64,000 nt of DNA from Chitinophagales bacterium (GCA_038328115.1 JBBQLS010000001.1:8568-72567); one strand, 5' to 3'; counted from the first letter of the stretch, positions 19,029 through 29,789 are shown. The notes: generated by a model from the letters alone, not told the origin. Program-made: numbers and translations.

Positions 19029-20459
19029 CTATTTATATCCCAAAATTTTAAGCATGCTTTGTGAAGTCTGTTCTTTTGCATAAACCCATTCTATTAATTT
19101 GCCGTTTTTATCTCTTTCAATTATTACGTGTTTGGGCGATGGGATAAGGCAATGCTTGATACCACCATAGCCGCTTATTTGATCCTGGTAAGCTCCTGTG
19201 TGGAAAAAGCCAACATATAAAGGCTCTTTATTGCTCTCCAGATTTTCTTCGTTGGTTGTTTTTACTTTGGGCAAAAACACTTCGTTAATATGTTCTTCAC
19301 TATCGTAGTAATCATGTCCATCGCAGGTTATACCACCTAAAACCACACGCTGGTATTCATTTTCCCATTTATTAATCGGCAGCATCAGAAATTTTTCGCC
19401 AATGCCCCAGGTATCGGGTAGTGTAGTAATAAAAGAAGAATCAATCATGTACCATGTTTCCCGGTCGTTTTGAATTTTTTCGCCAATAACGCTGTAAATA
19501 TGTGCCATGCTTTCACCTACCGTAAAACTGCCAAACTCTGTATAAATATTGGGCATTTGCACTTTGGCCTTTTTGCAGGCTGCCTTAATATTTCCGACTA
19601 TTTCGTTGATCATAAACTGGTAGTCGTAATTAAACCCCAGAGAGTGTTTAATTGGAAAACCACCGCCAATATTTATTGAATCAAGTTCGGGGCAAATCTT
19701 TTTTAACTGACAATAGAGTGCTATACTTTTTTGCAGCTCACTCCAATAATAAATATCATCCTTAATGCCTTTGTTTAAAAATATGTGCAGCATTTTCAGT
19801 TGAAACTTATCTTCATACCCTTCAATTTCATCTACATAAAATTCCAGTACATCTTTTGCTTTAATGCCCAGCCTGCTTGTATAAAACGGAAAACTTGGCT
19901 CTTCTTCGGCAGCTATACGTATGCCCAGTTTAAAAGGCTCACCAGTGCGGATATTCCGCTTGTACATGCTCAGCTCTTCTTTATTATCCAATACCGGAAT
20001 TACATTTTTAAATCCATCGTTGATGAGTTTTGCAATACGACTGGTATAATTTTTTTGCTTAAACCCGTTGCAGATAATATGGATATCCTTAGTAAGTTTT
20101 CTTTTTTTATATAACGAATTGATGATGTCAATATCGTAAGCATAAGATGTTTCCAAATGAATATCATGCTTTAATGTTTCTTCAACAATAAAACTAAAGT
20201 GAGAACTTTTTGTGCAGTAGCAGTAATTATATTCTCCTTCGTACTTATGTTTTTTAAAGGCATTGGCAAACAATTTTTTAGCCTTATTTATCTGCATCCC
20301 AATTTTGGGCAGGTAGCTAAGTTTTAAGGGCGTACCATGTTTATCAATCAGAGCTTTTATGTCCACGCCATTGTATTGCAAATATTCATCTTTCAGTTTA
20401 AAATCTTCCTGCGGAAAATCAAAAGTTTGTTGTACAAGACTATCGTAAGTATTATTCAT
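19029..20459 (-). CDS. speA: Arginine decarboxylase (Bacteroidota short form, PLP fold III)
   Basis: YCYCTKSSH (PLP Lys), YTSRLG, NIGGG, TEFGSFTVG, TCD, GAYQ; start moved to MNNTY. Confidence 0.88.
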   Translation of the reverse strand: MNNTYDSLVQQTFDFPQEDFKLKDEYLQYNGVDIKALIDKHGTPLKLSYLPKIGMQINKAKKLFANAFKKHKYEGEYNYCYCTKSSHFSFIVEETLKHDIHLETSYAYDIDIINSLYKKRKLTKDIHIICNGFKQKNYTSRIAKLINDGFKNVIPVLDNKEELSMYKRNIRTGEPFKLGIRIAAEEEPSFPFYTSRLGIKAKDVLEFYVDEIEGYEDKFQLKMLHIFLNKGIKDDIYYWSELQKSIALYCQLKKICPELDSINIGGGFPIKHSLGFNYDYQFMINEIVGNIKAACKKAKVQMPNIYTEFGSFTVGESMAHIYSVIGEKIQNDRETWYMIDSSFITTLPDTWGIGEKFLMLPINKWENEYQRVVLGGITCDGHDYYDSEEHINEVFLPKVKTTNEENLESNKEPLYVGFFHTGAYQDQISGYGGIKHCLIPSPKHVIIERDKNGKLIEWVYAKEQTSQSMLKILGYK

Positions 20460-20585
20460 TAATTGATTTTGCCTCTTTTTATTTAGAGATATTTTCAGCA
20501 AAAGTAACAGAATGCTGATATTTACACATAAAAAAACCGGTAGCGATAAAATCACAACCGGTCTTTTATTAATTCATATAGCAGA

Positions 20586-20933
20586 TTACTTTACTGAATC
20601 TATTAATTTCTTAAATGTTTCCGGCTCATTCATAGCCAGGTCTGCCAAAACCTTGCGGTTCAGGTCAATTCCTTTAACAGCTAATTTGTTAATGAACTGG
20701 CTGTAAGTCATTGTACCTTCTTCCCTTACGGCTGCATTAATACGTGCAATCCATAAAGTACGGTATTCCCTTTTCTTTAATTTACGGCCAACGTAGCTGT
20801 ACGTTAAACCTTTTTCCATTACGTTTTTGGCAACGGTATATACATTTTTACGCTTACCATAATATCCTTTGGCAGCTTTTAATATTCTTTTGCGGCGGGC
20901 CCTGCTGGCTACTGCATTTACTGAACGTGGCAT
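20586..20933 (-). CDS. rplT: 50S ribosomal protein L20
   Basis: [40 protein letters not shown]. Confidence 0.98.
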   Translation of the reverse strand: MPRSVNAVASRARRKRILKAAKGYYGKRKNVYTVAKNVMEKGLTYSYVGRKLKKREYRTLWIARINAAVREEGTMTYSQFINKLAVKGIDLNRKVLADLAMNEPETFKKLIDSVK

Positions 20934-20981
20934 ATTCTAATTTTTTTAAAGTTAATTGTTGTGTTTTTTCCGGTGTCGGGC

Positions 20982-21179
20982 TTATTTCATTCCCAATAAA
21001 CGTTTTACAAAATGCGTGTTAGCATCACTAACAACACCCATCTTACGCATATTACGTTTGCGTTTGGTAGATTTCTTTGTTAAGATGTGACGTTTGAAAG
21101 CTTTTTGGAACATGATTTTACCGGTACCGGTAACTTTAAAGCGCTTCTTGGCGCTGCTGTTGGTTTTAACCTTTGGCAT
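20982..21179 (-). CDS. rpmI: 50S ribosomal protein L35
   Basis: [21 protein letters not shown]. Confidence 0.98.
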   Translation of the reverse strand: MPKVKTNSSAKKRFKVTGTGKIMFQKAFKRHILTKKSTKRKRNMRKMGVVSDANTHFVKRLLGMK

Positions 21180-21296
21180 TACATAACTGTTTTTAGTTAC
21201 TCCCTACTGGCGGTTCCGAAACTACGGGACACTTGTTGAGCCTTGTGGGAAATGTCTGAAAAAGACGTATTTATCTCTTTCGGGCGGCAAAGGTAA
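21180..21296 (-). promoter_or_regulatory. Dedicated rpmI-rplT promoter (TACCTTTG) and ~105-nt GC-richer leader
   Basis: Minus-strand TACCTTTG at ~21288-21295, followed by an untranslated leader with several short complementary segments. Confidence 0.5.
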
Positions 21297-21341
21297 GGGA
21301 AAATAGGGAGAATTAAATTGATTTGGGGGAGTTTTTTAATC

Positions 21342-22079
21342 CTACTCATCCATCCCCTCTCCCTCAGCTGTTTTACTCGAATTTTTCAGCATCTGGTTTA
21401 CGGTATCAATCTCCGCAGGAGTAAAGTAGCGCCATTTACCAGGTGGCAGGTTGGTTAATGTGATGTTCATAATGCGGGTGCGTTTCAGGCTTTCTACATT
21501 GTAACCTAATTCCTCACACATGCGACGTATTTGCCGGTTAAGGCCCTGCATTAAAACTATTTTAAAACGGTTTGGTCCTTCCTGCTTTACAAAACACTTT
21601 TGTGTTACAGTGCCCAAAATACGAACACCGTTACGCATTTTTTGTATAAAATCAAGTGTTATTGGTTGGTCAACAGTAACAATATATTCTTTTTCGTGTT
21701 GGTTACCGGCACGCAGAATTTTGTTTACAATATCGCCATCATTGGTTAAAAAAATAAGCCCTTCACTTCGTTTATCTAACCGGCCAATGGGGAATATCCG
21801 TGTTTTATAATTTAGAAAATCAATGATATTCGTTTTGTCTTTTAAATCGGTAGTGCAGGTAACGCCTTTGGGTTTATTTAGCGCCAGGTAAACAGCGGTC
21901 TTCTTTTTTTTTCCGATGGGTTCACCATCTACCAGCACAACATCACCATCTCCTACCCGGTTGCCTTTCATCGCCTCTACTCCATTAATAGTAACGCGGA
22001 GTTGCTCAATGTATTTATCGGCTTCCCTGCGGCTGCAAAAACCCGTTTCGCTGATGTATTTGTTTAAACTGGTATCCAT
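21342..22079 (-). CDS. rluF: 23S rRNA pseudouridine synthase (RluF/RsuA family)
   Basis: S4 domain (LNKYISETGFCSRREAD), GRLD catalytic motif, QGLNRQIRRMC. Confidence 0.9.
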   Translation of the reverse strand: MDTSLNKYISETGFCSRREADKYIEQLRVTINGVEAMKGNRVGDGDVVLVDGEPIGKKKKTAVYLALNKPKGVTCTTDLKDKTNIIDFLNYKTRIFPIGRLDKRSEGLIFLTNDGDIVNKILRAGNQHEKEYIVTVDQPITLDFIQKMRNGVRILGTVTQKCFVKQEGPNRFKIVLMQGLNRQIRRMCEELGYNVESLKRTRIMNITLTNLPPGKWRYFTPAEIDTVNQMLKNSSKTAEGEGMDE

Positions 22080-22142
22080 TATATCGGCTGTTCAATTAAT
22101 CTTGGCCCTTATTTGCTCAAGCTACGAAGGATAAATAAAAAT

Positions 22143-22170
22143 AAAAAAAGGGAAGCAAGAACTTCCCTTA
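22143..22170 (-). terminator. Intrinsic terminator after infC
   Basis: AAGGGAAG-caagaa-CTTCCCTT hairpin next to an A-run. Confidence 0.7.
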
Positions 22171-22190
22171 AATCTTTTATGCTTTTAAAA

Positions 22191-22790
22191 CTATAACCTG
22201 TCTGCTTCCTGTTGTTTTCTTTTAGATAGTTTTGCTTTAGGCGCAAACATTACCAGCATTCTTTTTCCTTCCATTTTAGGCAGGCCTTCCAAAGCGCCAA
22301 CGTCTTTTAAGCGATCTGCAAATTTTAATAATAATAATTCGCCTCTTTCTTTAAACATGATAGCACGGCCTTTAAACTGAACGTGGGCCTTTACTTTATC
22401 TCCTTCGCCCAGGAATTTTTCGGCGTGTTTTACTTTAAATTCAAAATCATGATCATCGGTGTTGGGAGTAAAACGAATCTCCTTAACCTCACTGGTCTTC
22501 GATTTCGCTTTCATCTCCTTTTTCTTCTTCTTCTCTTCGTAAAGAAATTTATTGTAGTCGATAATTTTACAAACCGGGGGCTTGGCACCGGGAGAAATTT
22601 CTACTAAATCAAGTTCCTGCTCTTTTGAAATTTTAATTGCATCAGCAAGTGAATAAACACCGGGTTCTAAATTTTCGCCAACCAAACGCACTTCCAGTGC
22701 TCTTATCATGTGGTTGGTGCGGTGTTCCTGTTGTTGTTCTTTTTTAAAGCGGGGGTTAAAAGTACCCCGTGGTCTTGGTGGAAATGCCAT
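22191..22790 (-). CDS. infC: Translation initiation factor IF-3
   Basis: VRLVG, LDLVEISP, PPVCKIIDY, KEIRF, FKGR; begins at ATG. Confidence 0.96.
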   Translation of the reverse strand: MAFPPRPRGTFNPRFKKEQQQEHRTNHMIRALEVRLVGENLEPGVYSLADAIKISKEQELDLVEISPGAKPPVCKIIDYNKFLYEEKKKKKEMKAKSKTSEVKEIRFTPNTDDHDFEFKVKHAEKFLGEGDKVKAHVQFKGRAIMFKERGELLLLKFADRLKDVGALEGLPKMEGKRMLVMFAPKAKLSKRKQQEADRL

Positions 22791-22923
22791 TTATTGTTTT
22801 TAGTTTATAATGTTGTTTGTGGGCTAAGAGGGCTTAAGTGAAAAGGAGAATCCGATTTACTTTTTGTCAAAGCACTAAGCAATGTATTTATTTTATGTTA
22901 TAAAGCCAAAAGAAAATAATTTA

Positions 22924-24855
22924 TTACAATACCCTGTATTTTATTTCTACAGCAATTTCCTGCACAAATTCATCAATCAGTTTAACGCCCAAATCGCCTT
23001 TACCCTGCCTGCGAATGGCCACTTTTCCTTCATTCATTTCCTTCTCTCCTATAACCAGCATGTAGGGCACTTTTGCCATTTCGGTATCACGTATTTTTCT
23101 TCCAATCTTTTCGCTCCTATCATCAATTTCAGCACGAATATCAGCTTTTTTAAGCGTATCCAGAATTGTATTTGCGTATTCCATAAATTTATCGCTGATA
23201 GGCAGTATTTTAACTTGTAGCGGTGCAAGCCATGTTGGGAATTTGCCGGCATAATGTTCCAGCAAAAATCCAATTAACCTTTCATGCGTACTCAGCGGTG
23301 CTCTATGAATAATCAGCGGCACTTCGGGACTGTTATCTTTATTTGTAAAACTTAATTTAAAACTACGTCCCTGGGCAAAATCTACCTGGTTGGTTGCCAA
23401 AGTAAACTCCCTTCCAATTGCACTCCATATCTGCACATCAATTTTTGGGCCGTAAAAAGCACCTTCGCCTTTAACTTCTACATACGGAATATTACTTTCA
23501 ATCAAAACATTTCTCACCAGTTCCTCTGTTTCTAACCAAAGCTCAGGTTCATTTACGTATTTCTGTCCTAATTTTTCAGGATCGTGCAAACTCAGGCGCA
23601 TCACGTATTTCTCAATACCAAATATTTTAAAATATTTCTGGTACATATCATTAACCGCTCGGAACTCCTGTGCAAACTGTTCTTTACTGCAATAAATATG
23701 AGCATCGTTCATGTGCAGGCAACGCACCCGCATGAGGCCAAATAATTCGCCGCTTTGCTCGAAACGGTAACAGGTTCCATACTCTGCAATCCTGAATGGC
23801 AGGTCTTTATAGCTTTTTGGTTCTGCATCAAAAATTTTATGATGATGCGGACAGTTCATTGGTTTTAAATAATATTTTTCTCCGTCCATTTCCATTGGCG
23901 GAAACATACTGTCTGCATAATAAGGCAAATGCCCGCTGGTTAAATACATGCTTTCTTTGGCAAGATGCGGCGTAACCACCCTTTTGTAGCCGGCCTCTTT
24001 TTCGGTTTGTTTGGCAAGGTTTTCCAACTCTTCAATAATGATAGTGCCATTGGGTAACCATAAAGCCAGGCCAGGCCCAACTTCATCATTAAAAGTAAAA
24101 ATGCCCAGCTCTTTACCCAGTTTACGGTGGTCTCTTTTTTTGGCTTCTTCCAGCATCAGCACATATTCGTCCAGTTCTTTCTGCTCAGGAAAAGTAACAC
24201 CATAAATGCGGGTAAGCTGTTTATTTTTTTCATCGCCTTTCCAGTATGCCCCGGCAATGCTGGTTAGTTTGATGGCCTTAATAAAACCAGTATTGGGTAT
24301 ATGTGGCCCACGACATAAGTCTGTAAACCCTCCCTGGGTGTAAAAAGTAATTTCTCCATCTGTTAAGTTACTTAACAGATCAAGTTTGTACTCGTCGCCT
24401 TTTTCAGTAAAATATTGAATGGCATCGGCCTTTGGCATTGCCTTACGCAGGTAAGGATTTTTTTGTTTTGCCAATTCGTTCATCTTCTTTTCAAGTGCCT
24501 GCAAATCTTCCTCAGTAATTTTTCTATCGCCCAGATCCATATCGTAATAAAATCCTTTTTCTATAGCAGGGCCTACCCAAAATTTTACTCCGGGAAAAGC
24601 CGCTTCAACCGCTTCGGCCATTAAATGAGCAGATGAATGCCAGAAAGTTGATTTACCTTCCATATCATCCCAGGTAAGTAATTTAAGAGATGCATCGGTA
24701 TCTATTGGCCGGTGCAGGTCCCACACTTCACCATTAATGCTTGCCGCCAATACTTTCCTGGCAAGGCCTTCGCTGATAGATTTTGCAACATCAAATGCAG
24801 AACTTCCGGGCTCGTATTCTCTTACTGCTCCATCGGGTAATGTTATCTTTATCAT
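22924..24855 (-). CDS. thrS: Threonine--tRNA ligase
   Basis: TGS domain, HSSAHL, DLCRGPH, RDHRKLG, KPMNCP, GAFYGPKID. Confidence 0.98.
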   Translation of the reverse strand: MIKITLPDGAVREYEPGSSAFDVAKSISEGLARKVLAASINGEVWDLHRPIDTDASLKLLTWDDMEGKSTFWHSSAHLMAEAVEAAFPGVKFWVGPAIEKGFYYDMDLGDRKITEEDLQALEKKMNELAKQKNPYLRKAMPKADAIQYFTEKGDEYKLDLLSNLTDGEITFYTQGGFTDLCRGPHIPNTGFIKAIKLTSIAGAYWKGDEKNKQLTRIYGVTFPEQKELDEYVLMLEEAKKRDHRKLGKELGIFTFNDEVGPGLALWLPNGTIIIEELENLAKQTEKEAGYKRVVTPHLAKESMYLTSGHLPYYADSMFPPMEMDGEKYYLKPMNCPHHHKIFDAEPKSYKDLPFRIAEYGTCYRFEQSGELFGLMRVRCLHMNDAHIYCSKEQFAQEFRAVNDMYQKYFKIFGIEKYVMRLSLHDPEKLGQKYVNEPELWLETEELVRNVLIESNIPYVEVKGEGAFYGPKIDVQIWSAIGREFTLATNQVDFAQGRSFKLSFTNKDNSPEVPLIIHRAPLSTHERLIGFLLEHYAGKFPTWLAPLQVKILPISDKFMEYANTILDTLKKADIRAEIDDRSEKIGRKIRDTEMAKVPYMLVIGEKEMNEGKVAIRRQGKGDLGVKLIDEFVQEIAVEIKYRVL

Positions 24856-24945
24856 ATCTTTATTGGCAAACCTTTGCAGTTTGCAAGTTGCAAATTTAAC
24901 GAAGTATTAGCTATGGAAAAATTAATCTAAAATATCTTTGCAGGG

Positions 24946-26115
24946 ATGAAGAAAATTGTACCACTGATTTTATTTGTTTTTATGTCGGTAATCGTTTCGG
25001 CACAGGATTTTACCGGCCAATGGAAAGGAGAATTTATAGACAAGAGTACTTCTTTTACTGGCTGGGGCGGCGATCGATGTGAATATGTGCTGGAACTGGA
25101 ATGCAGCGGTACCAATATTTCCGGGTATTCTTACACTTATTTCAGCGATGGCGGAAAACGTTACTACACCATTTGCAAATTAAGTGGAACAGTAAACAAA
25201 GCCAGCAAATCAGTTGAGGTTAAGGAAATAGAAAGAACCAAAACAAATGTGCCACTAACGATACGCAATTGTTTTCAGATACATCGCTTAACTTATTTTC
25301 AAAAAGGCGATGAACAATCGCTGGAAGGCAGTTGGGTTCCGGTACCCAACCAGCAGGGCGATTGCGGATTTGGAACTACTATTTTAGCCCGCAGGATTTT
25401 ACAAAAGAACCCCGCTTATTTTGCTAATCCGGTCTCCAAATCAAAGCCTGCTGTGAAGCCTAAAACCACACAACCGGCAGCGGCACCTGTGGTAAAAACG
25501 GTCCCCAAAAAAGTGGTTCCGCCTGTAGTTGCAAAAAAACAGCCTGCAGCGCCTGTTGTAAAAGCAAAACCTAAATTGCCTACAGCACCGGTTATTAAAA
25601 AAGATGGCGGCAACGTAACGCCCCCCCCTGTTGCAAGGATAGAATCCCCAAAAAAAGCAAATACAGAATCACCCGAGGTAATTACTAATAATTTACCTCC
25701 TGATGTTCCAATAATAAAGACAGAACCTCAGCAAAATAAGCCTTTAGATGACTCCTATAAAAAGCGTAACAACGAGTTAATAAAAACCATTGAGATTGAT
25801 AATAACAGCTTTACTGTTGATTTATATGATAGCGGAGTAGTTGATGGAGATAGTGTTTCTTTATTTTTTAATGGAAAACTCCTGTTATCTCACAAGCGTC
25901 TGAGCGAAAAGCCAATCAGACTTACATTAGATGTGGATGACAATGAGAAAGTAAATGAGCTTATTATGTATGCCGAAAACCTGGGAACCATCCCGCCAAA
26001 TACAGCTTTAATGGTTGTAAACGACGGCGATAACCGGTACGAAGTGCGTATTTCATCTGACCTGCAAAAAAGCGGGAGCATTCGGTTTGTACATAAGCTG
26101 AAAACAAAGCAATAA
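24946..26115 (+). CDS. Secreted hypothetical protein: N-terminal beta domain, Pro/Lys/Val-rich linker, C-terminal AENLGxIPPNTA domain
   Basis: Signal peptide (VSA/Q); C-terminal ~105 aa is visibly homologous to the C-terminus of the amidase at 40016. Confidence 0.8.
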   Translation: MKKIVPLILFVFMSVIVSAQDFTGQWKGEFIDKSTSFTGWGGDRCEYVLELECSGTNISGYSYTYFSDGGKRYYTICKLSGTVNKASKSVEVKEIERTKTNVPLTIRNCFQIHRLTYFQKGDEQSLEGSWVPVPNQQGDCGFGTTILARRILQKNPAYFANPVSKSKPAVKPKTTQPAAAPVVKTVPKKVVPPVVAKKQPAAPVVKAKPKLPTAPVIKKDGGNVTPPPVARIESPKKANTESPEVITNNLPPDVPIIKTEPQQNKPLDDSYKKRNNELIKTIEIDNNSFTVDLYDSGVVDGDSVSLFFNGKLLLSHKRLSEKPIRLTLDVDDNEKVNELIMYAENLGTIPPNTALMVVNDGDNRYEVRISSDLQKSGSIRFVHKLKTKQ

Positions 26116-26160
26116 AATAACCGGTTGAGCGTTATTCATTCAACCAATATTCTATTTGAG

Positions 26161-26610
26161 ATGAAAACTACTTTTACCTCCATGCTGCTGATAGCAGGTT
26201 TATTCTCTCTTTCAACTTTAATGAATTCATGCGCCAAGGCCGATACCAGCTCCAGTTTACCCAAAGAGCAACAGGTGGTGGGTGAATGGGTTATAAATCG
26301 TGTTCAGCTTAAGATATTTCAGAATGGTGTATTTGTAAAAGATACCATCATAAAATCAACCCCTAAGCCCAAGAATTTTGTACGGTTTGATGCAAGCGGA
26401 GGTTTTGAATACAAACTCAACAGCACTGTTTCTGATATTGGCACTTACGAATTTACCGGATCCGGTATCCTGGTCACAAATTCTGCTCCCAAAAGCTATA
26501 ACTGGACCATGATAACATTAACAGACGTATTGTTTACTTTGGTTTCCAAAGGATCCGATCCTGCTTTCCCGGGTGCTTATGTGGAACGGTATCAAACTTT
26601 CACACGTTAA
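26161..26610 (+). CDS. Lipoprotein, lipocalin-like
   Basis: Lipobox MNS/C, VVGEW motif, beta-strand pattern. Confidence 0.7.
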   Translation: MKTTFTSMLLIAGLFSLSTLMNSCAKADTSSSLPKEQQVVGEWVINRVQLKIFQNGVFVKDTIIKSTPKPKNFVRFDASGGFEYKLNSTVSDIGTYEFTGSGILVTNSAPKSYNWTMITLTDVLFTLVSKGSDPAFPGAYVERYQTFTR

Positions 26611-26773
26611 TCTTTTAATTATTTAATACTAAACCCGCACCAGTTTAAAGCTGGTGCTTTTTTTTATTTTATACCGATGTAACATAACAATAGTCTAACC
26701 AGTTTTCTATCGGTACAATACCATCTAAGATTTTCTCGTGGTCTGTTTGACTACTTCTTAAATCAAGATGGTA

Positions 26774-29131
26774 TTAGAATTTTACATTCCAGGTTATTGA
26801 AGGTATAACCGGAAATAAGGAAACCTGTTTAGCCTGTATTTCCAATGTTCCGTTAAACGGACTTCCGGTTTGATCGAAGTAAACGAAGTATGGATTTTTA
26901 CGGTTGTATAAATTGTAAACGCTGAACACCCATTCGCTCTTCCACTTGCGTTTCAGGTTTTTCCTGGGGGTCATGATGGCTGCAAAATCGAGCCGGTGGT
27001 AAGATGGTAAACGATATTCATTAATACGGCTGTACTGCTGCGTAAGTATTCCTCCTACAATATAAAAGCGTTGGGGCAAAGTAACCGCATTGCCCGTACC
27101 AAAAACAAAGGAGGCAGATAATTTCCATTTTTTGTTCAGTTCATAAATTGCTACAATACTCATATCATTCCTGCGGTCGTATTTAGCCGGGTATTTTTTA
27201 CCATCATTCAATGCCGGGAATTTACGCCAGGTCCAACTTAATGTGTAGCCAGCCCAACCCGTTAAACGCCCCTTTGTTTTATTTACAAAAAACTCGGCTC
27301 CATAGCTCCACCCTTTGCCAAAAGCAAAATGATTTTCAGTATCGTCCAGGCTGCTGGGTACATAGCCTTCTTCGTATTCAATCTGGTTTTGCATTTGCTT
27401 ATAATACAATTCTACAGATGTTTCATACATATTATCCTTAAAATTTTTAAACAATCCTGCTGCGTACAACCAGCTTATCTGTGGTTTAACTTTATAAGTA
27501 CTGGGCACCCATATATCCGTAGGTAAAGTAGTACCTGCATTACTTACTAGGTGAATGTATTGCAGGTTTCGGGTAACGGATGCTTTTACAGAAGTTTCAT
27601 CGTTTAGTGCATAGCGCATGGTAAAGCGTGGCTCAAGCCCACCATAAGTTTTTACAGCTTTGCCTTTCCCAAAAACAGTGCTGTCTGTCCGGTTACCGTT
27701 GTCATCAGTCAGGTAAATTTTATACGGTCCTATCTGTTGAAACAAACTGTATCTTAAGCCGATATGAACTTTTATTTTTTCATTTATTTCCCAATCATCC
27801 TGTACATAAGCAGCCGCTTCATGAGCATATTTTAATTGTGCATTATTAGGATTGAAAACGGTAGTATCCTGCTTTCCGCTTATTACTGAAGGGGTGAATC
27901 TATGATAGGTGTATATGCCACCGAACTTTAGTTTATGTCCGGTATACGGATACAGGTCAAAATCCTGTTTCAGGCTCAAATCCCTGATTCCCGATGCCAG
28001 TTTTAATTGAAAATCATTTTGCACGGCATTAAAAGAAAAGTTGTAGTCGTTATAGACGGCGGTAGTATTGCCGAACAGTTTATTATTAAACACATGATTC
28101 CAGCGCAATGTTCCGGTGCTGTTACCCCACGGAATATTAAATTTTAAACTCTGTTTGCCATTCACATAATCAAACACATCACGCCCAAAGTAGCCACTCA
28201 GATAAAGCCTGTCTTTATCAGAAAATATATAGTTCATCTTTGCATTCAGGTCATAAAAATAATAACCGCTTCCTTTAAACTGGCTGCCCGATTTTACAAA
28301 TGGCTTTGCAATAGCATCAATATAAGTACGGCGGCCTGAGACTATAAAAGAAGATTTATTTTTTTTAATGGGGCCCTGCACTGACAGCCGTGATGCTATT
28401 ACGCCGATACCTGCATCTACCTGAAATTTTTGATTGTTACCTTCCTTCATGGAAATGTCCAATACGCTTGATAATCTTCCTCCATACTGCGCCGGCATTC
28501 CCCCTTTTATAAGCGTTACGTTTTTTATAGCATCCGAATTAAAAATGGAAAAAAACCCAAAGAGATGGCCGGTGTTATAAACAGGTGCATCGTCCAGCAA
28601 TATTAAATTCTGATCTGGCCCGCCGCCACGCACATAAATACCTGCACTACCCTCTCCTGCATTACGTACACCAGGTAAAAACTGTATGGTTTTGAGCAGA
28701 TCAACTTCACCTAAAAAAGCAGGGATAGCTTTTATCTGTTCAATGGGCAATGTAAACTTACCCATCTGCGCATTTTTAACATTGGCATCTCTTTTTTTAG
28801 AAGATACTACTACTTCCTCGGCTAAATATGCTTTTGGCAAAACATCAAAATTTATTTTTGCATCGGCACGCAGATCAATTGAAACAGCTTTTATGCGAAA
28901 GCCAACAAACGTACAGATCAGAATATACTTTCCTTCATCCAAAGTGATGGAATAAAAGCCATACAGGTTACTGCTTATGCCTTTTGTTTGCCCCTGCACC
29001 GCAATGGTGGCACCAATCAGGGTTTCTCCATTCAATGAATCCTTGATGTAGCCACTAATAGTATATTTATGTTGTGCAGATCCGGTTAAAGCAGTCAGTA
29101 CAAACAGAAAAACAAAAAAGAATCTTTTCAT
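26774..29131 (-). CDS. TonB-dependent receptor
   Basis: Carboxypeptidase-regulatory-like N-terminus, VRGGGPDQNLILLD, PAQYGGRLSSVLD plug, C-terminal Phe. Confidence 0.93.
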   Translation of the reverse strand: MKRFFFVFLFVLTALTGSAQHKYTISGYIKDSLNGETLIGATIAVQGQTKGISSNLYGFYSITLDEGKYILICTFVGFRIKAVSIDLRADAKINFDVLPKAYLAEEVVVSSKKRDANVKNAQMGKFTLPIEQIKAIPAFLGEVDLLKTIQFLPGVRNAGEGSAGIYVRGGGPDQNLILLDDAPVYNTGHLFGFFSIFNSDAIKNVTLIKGGMPAQYGGRLSSVLDISMKEGNNQKFQVDAGIGVIASRLSVQGPIKKNKSSFIVSGRRTYIDAIAKPFVKSGSQFKGSGYYFYDLNAKMNYIFSDKDRLYLSGYFGRDVFDYVNGKQSLKFNIPWGNSTGTLRWNHVFNNKLFGNTTAVYNDYNFSFNAVQNDFQLKLASGIRDLSLKQDFDLYPYTGHKLKFGGIYTYHRFTPSVISGKQDTTVFNPNNAQLKYAHEAAAYVQDDWEINEKIKVHIGLRYSLFQQIGPYKIYLTDDNGNRTDSTVFGKGKAVKTYGGLEPRFTMRYALNDETSVKASVTRNLQYIHLVSNAGTTLPTDIWVPSTYKVKPQISWLYAAGLFKNFKDNMYETSVELYYKQMQNQIEYEEGYVPSSLDDTENHFAFGKGWSYGAEFFVNKTKGRLTGWAGYTLSWTWRKFPALNDGKKYPAKYDRRNDMSIVAIYELNKKWKLSASFVFGTGNAVTLPQRFYIVGGILTQQYSRINEYRLPSYHRLDFAAIMTPRKNLKRKWKSEWVFSVYNLYNRKNPYFVYFDQTGSPFNGTLEIQAKQVSLFPVIPSITWNVKF

Positions 29132-29174
29132 AGTGCGTAAACTTAATTCCTGTTAATGCTGGCCGGCTGAACGG

Positions 29175-29789
29175 TTATTTTGCTTTAATCGTGTCTTTTA
29201 TACTGCCGCAGTGCAGCATGGTAGCTTTAAATTCAGGGTGATTTTTTCCCAGGTATGGGTTAAAAATTTCTGTGCTTTTACTTACCCAGTTGGCTTCTTT
29301 ATCATCTCCAAATGCCATCGGGCAATTTTGCCAGTACATGTTATCGCCTTCGTAATTGATTATCTTAAAAAACGGGTACAGGTTTTCCGAAACCATACTG
29401 AAATCCTTACGCATCTCCAGCAGGTTTGTCTGTTCCGATATATCTGCAGCATTACTTTTTATGCCGTCAAAAGTGCCCATTGCTACCTCGTAAATATTAG
29501 CAGTATCTTTTTTTAATTCTATCATAGGGATGGTATCAAGTAACTGTACAAATTTTTTGGCGGCAACTTTAGCCTTTGCAGTATCCGCATCCACAAAAGC
29601 AGCAGACATTTCAAAATAGGCATTCATGGCCGCATTAACCGACAGGTTGAATGTATCTGAATGCTTTTTCAAAGTAAGAGCTTCTTGTTTTGGGCCGCTA
29701 TTACCACCACCAGCTTTGCTGAACATGTACCAGTAATATCCTGCAATTCCTAGTATCAGAACCAATAAACCAAAAAGTACTTTTTTCAT
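29175..29789 (-). CDS. DUF3347 domain protein (metal-efflux-associated family)
   Basis: CPMAF..ANWVS..I.NPYLG..ML.CGS motif. Confidence 0.85.
   Translation of the reverse strand: MKKVLFGLLVLILGIAGYYWYMFSKAGGGNSGPKQEALTLKKHSDTFNLSVNAAMNAYFEMSAAFVDADTAKAKVAAKKFVQLLDTIPMIELKKDTANIYEVAMGTFDGIKSNAADISEQTNLLEMRKDFSMVSENLYPFFKIINYEGDNMYWQNCPMAFGDDKEANWVSKSTEIFNPYLGKNHPEFKATMLHCGSIKDTIKAK

Noticed and set aside
26670-26775. Two loose hairpins (TACCGAT..ATCGGTA; AATACCATCT..AGATGGTATT) between convergent genes
   Set aside because: The arms are short, the loops long and there is no second copy in the window. They may be decayed repeats but cannot be supported.
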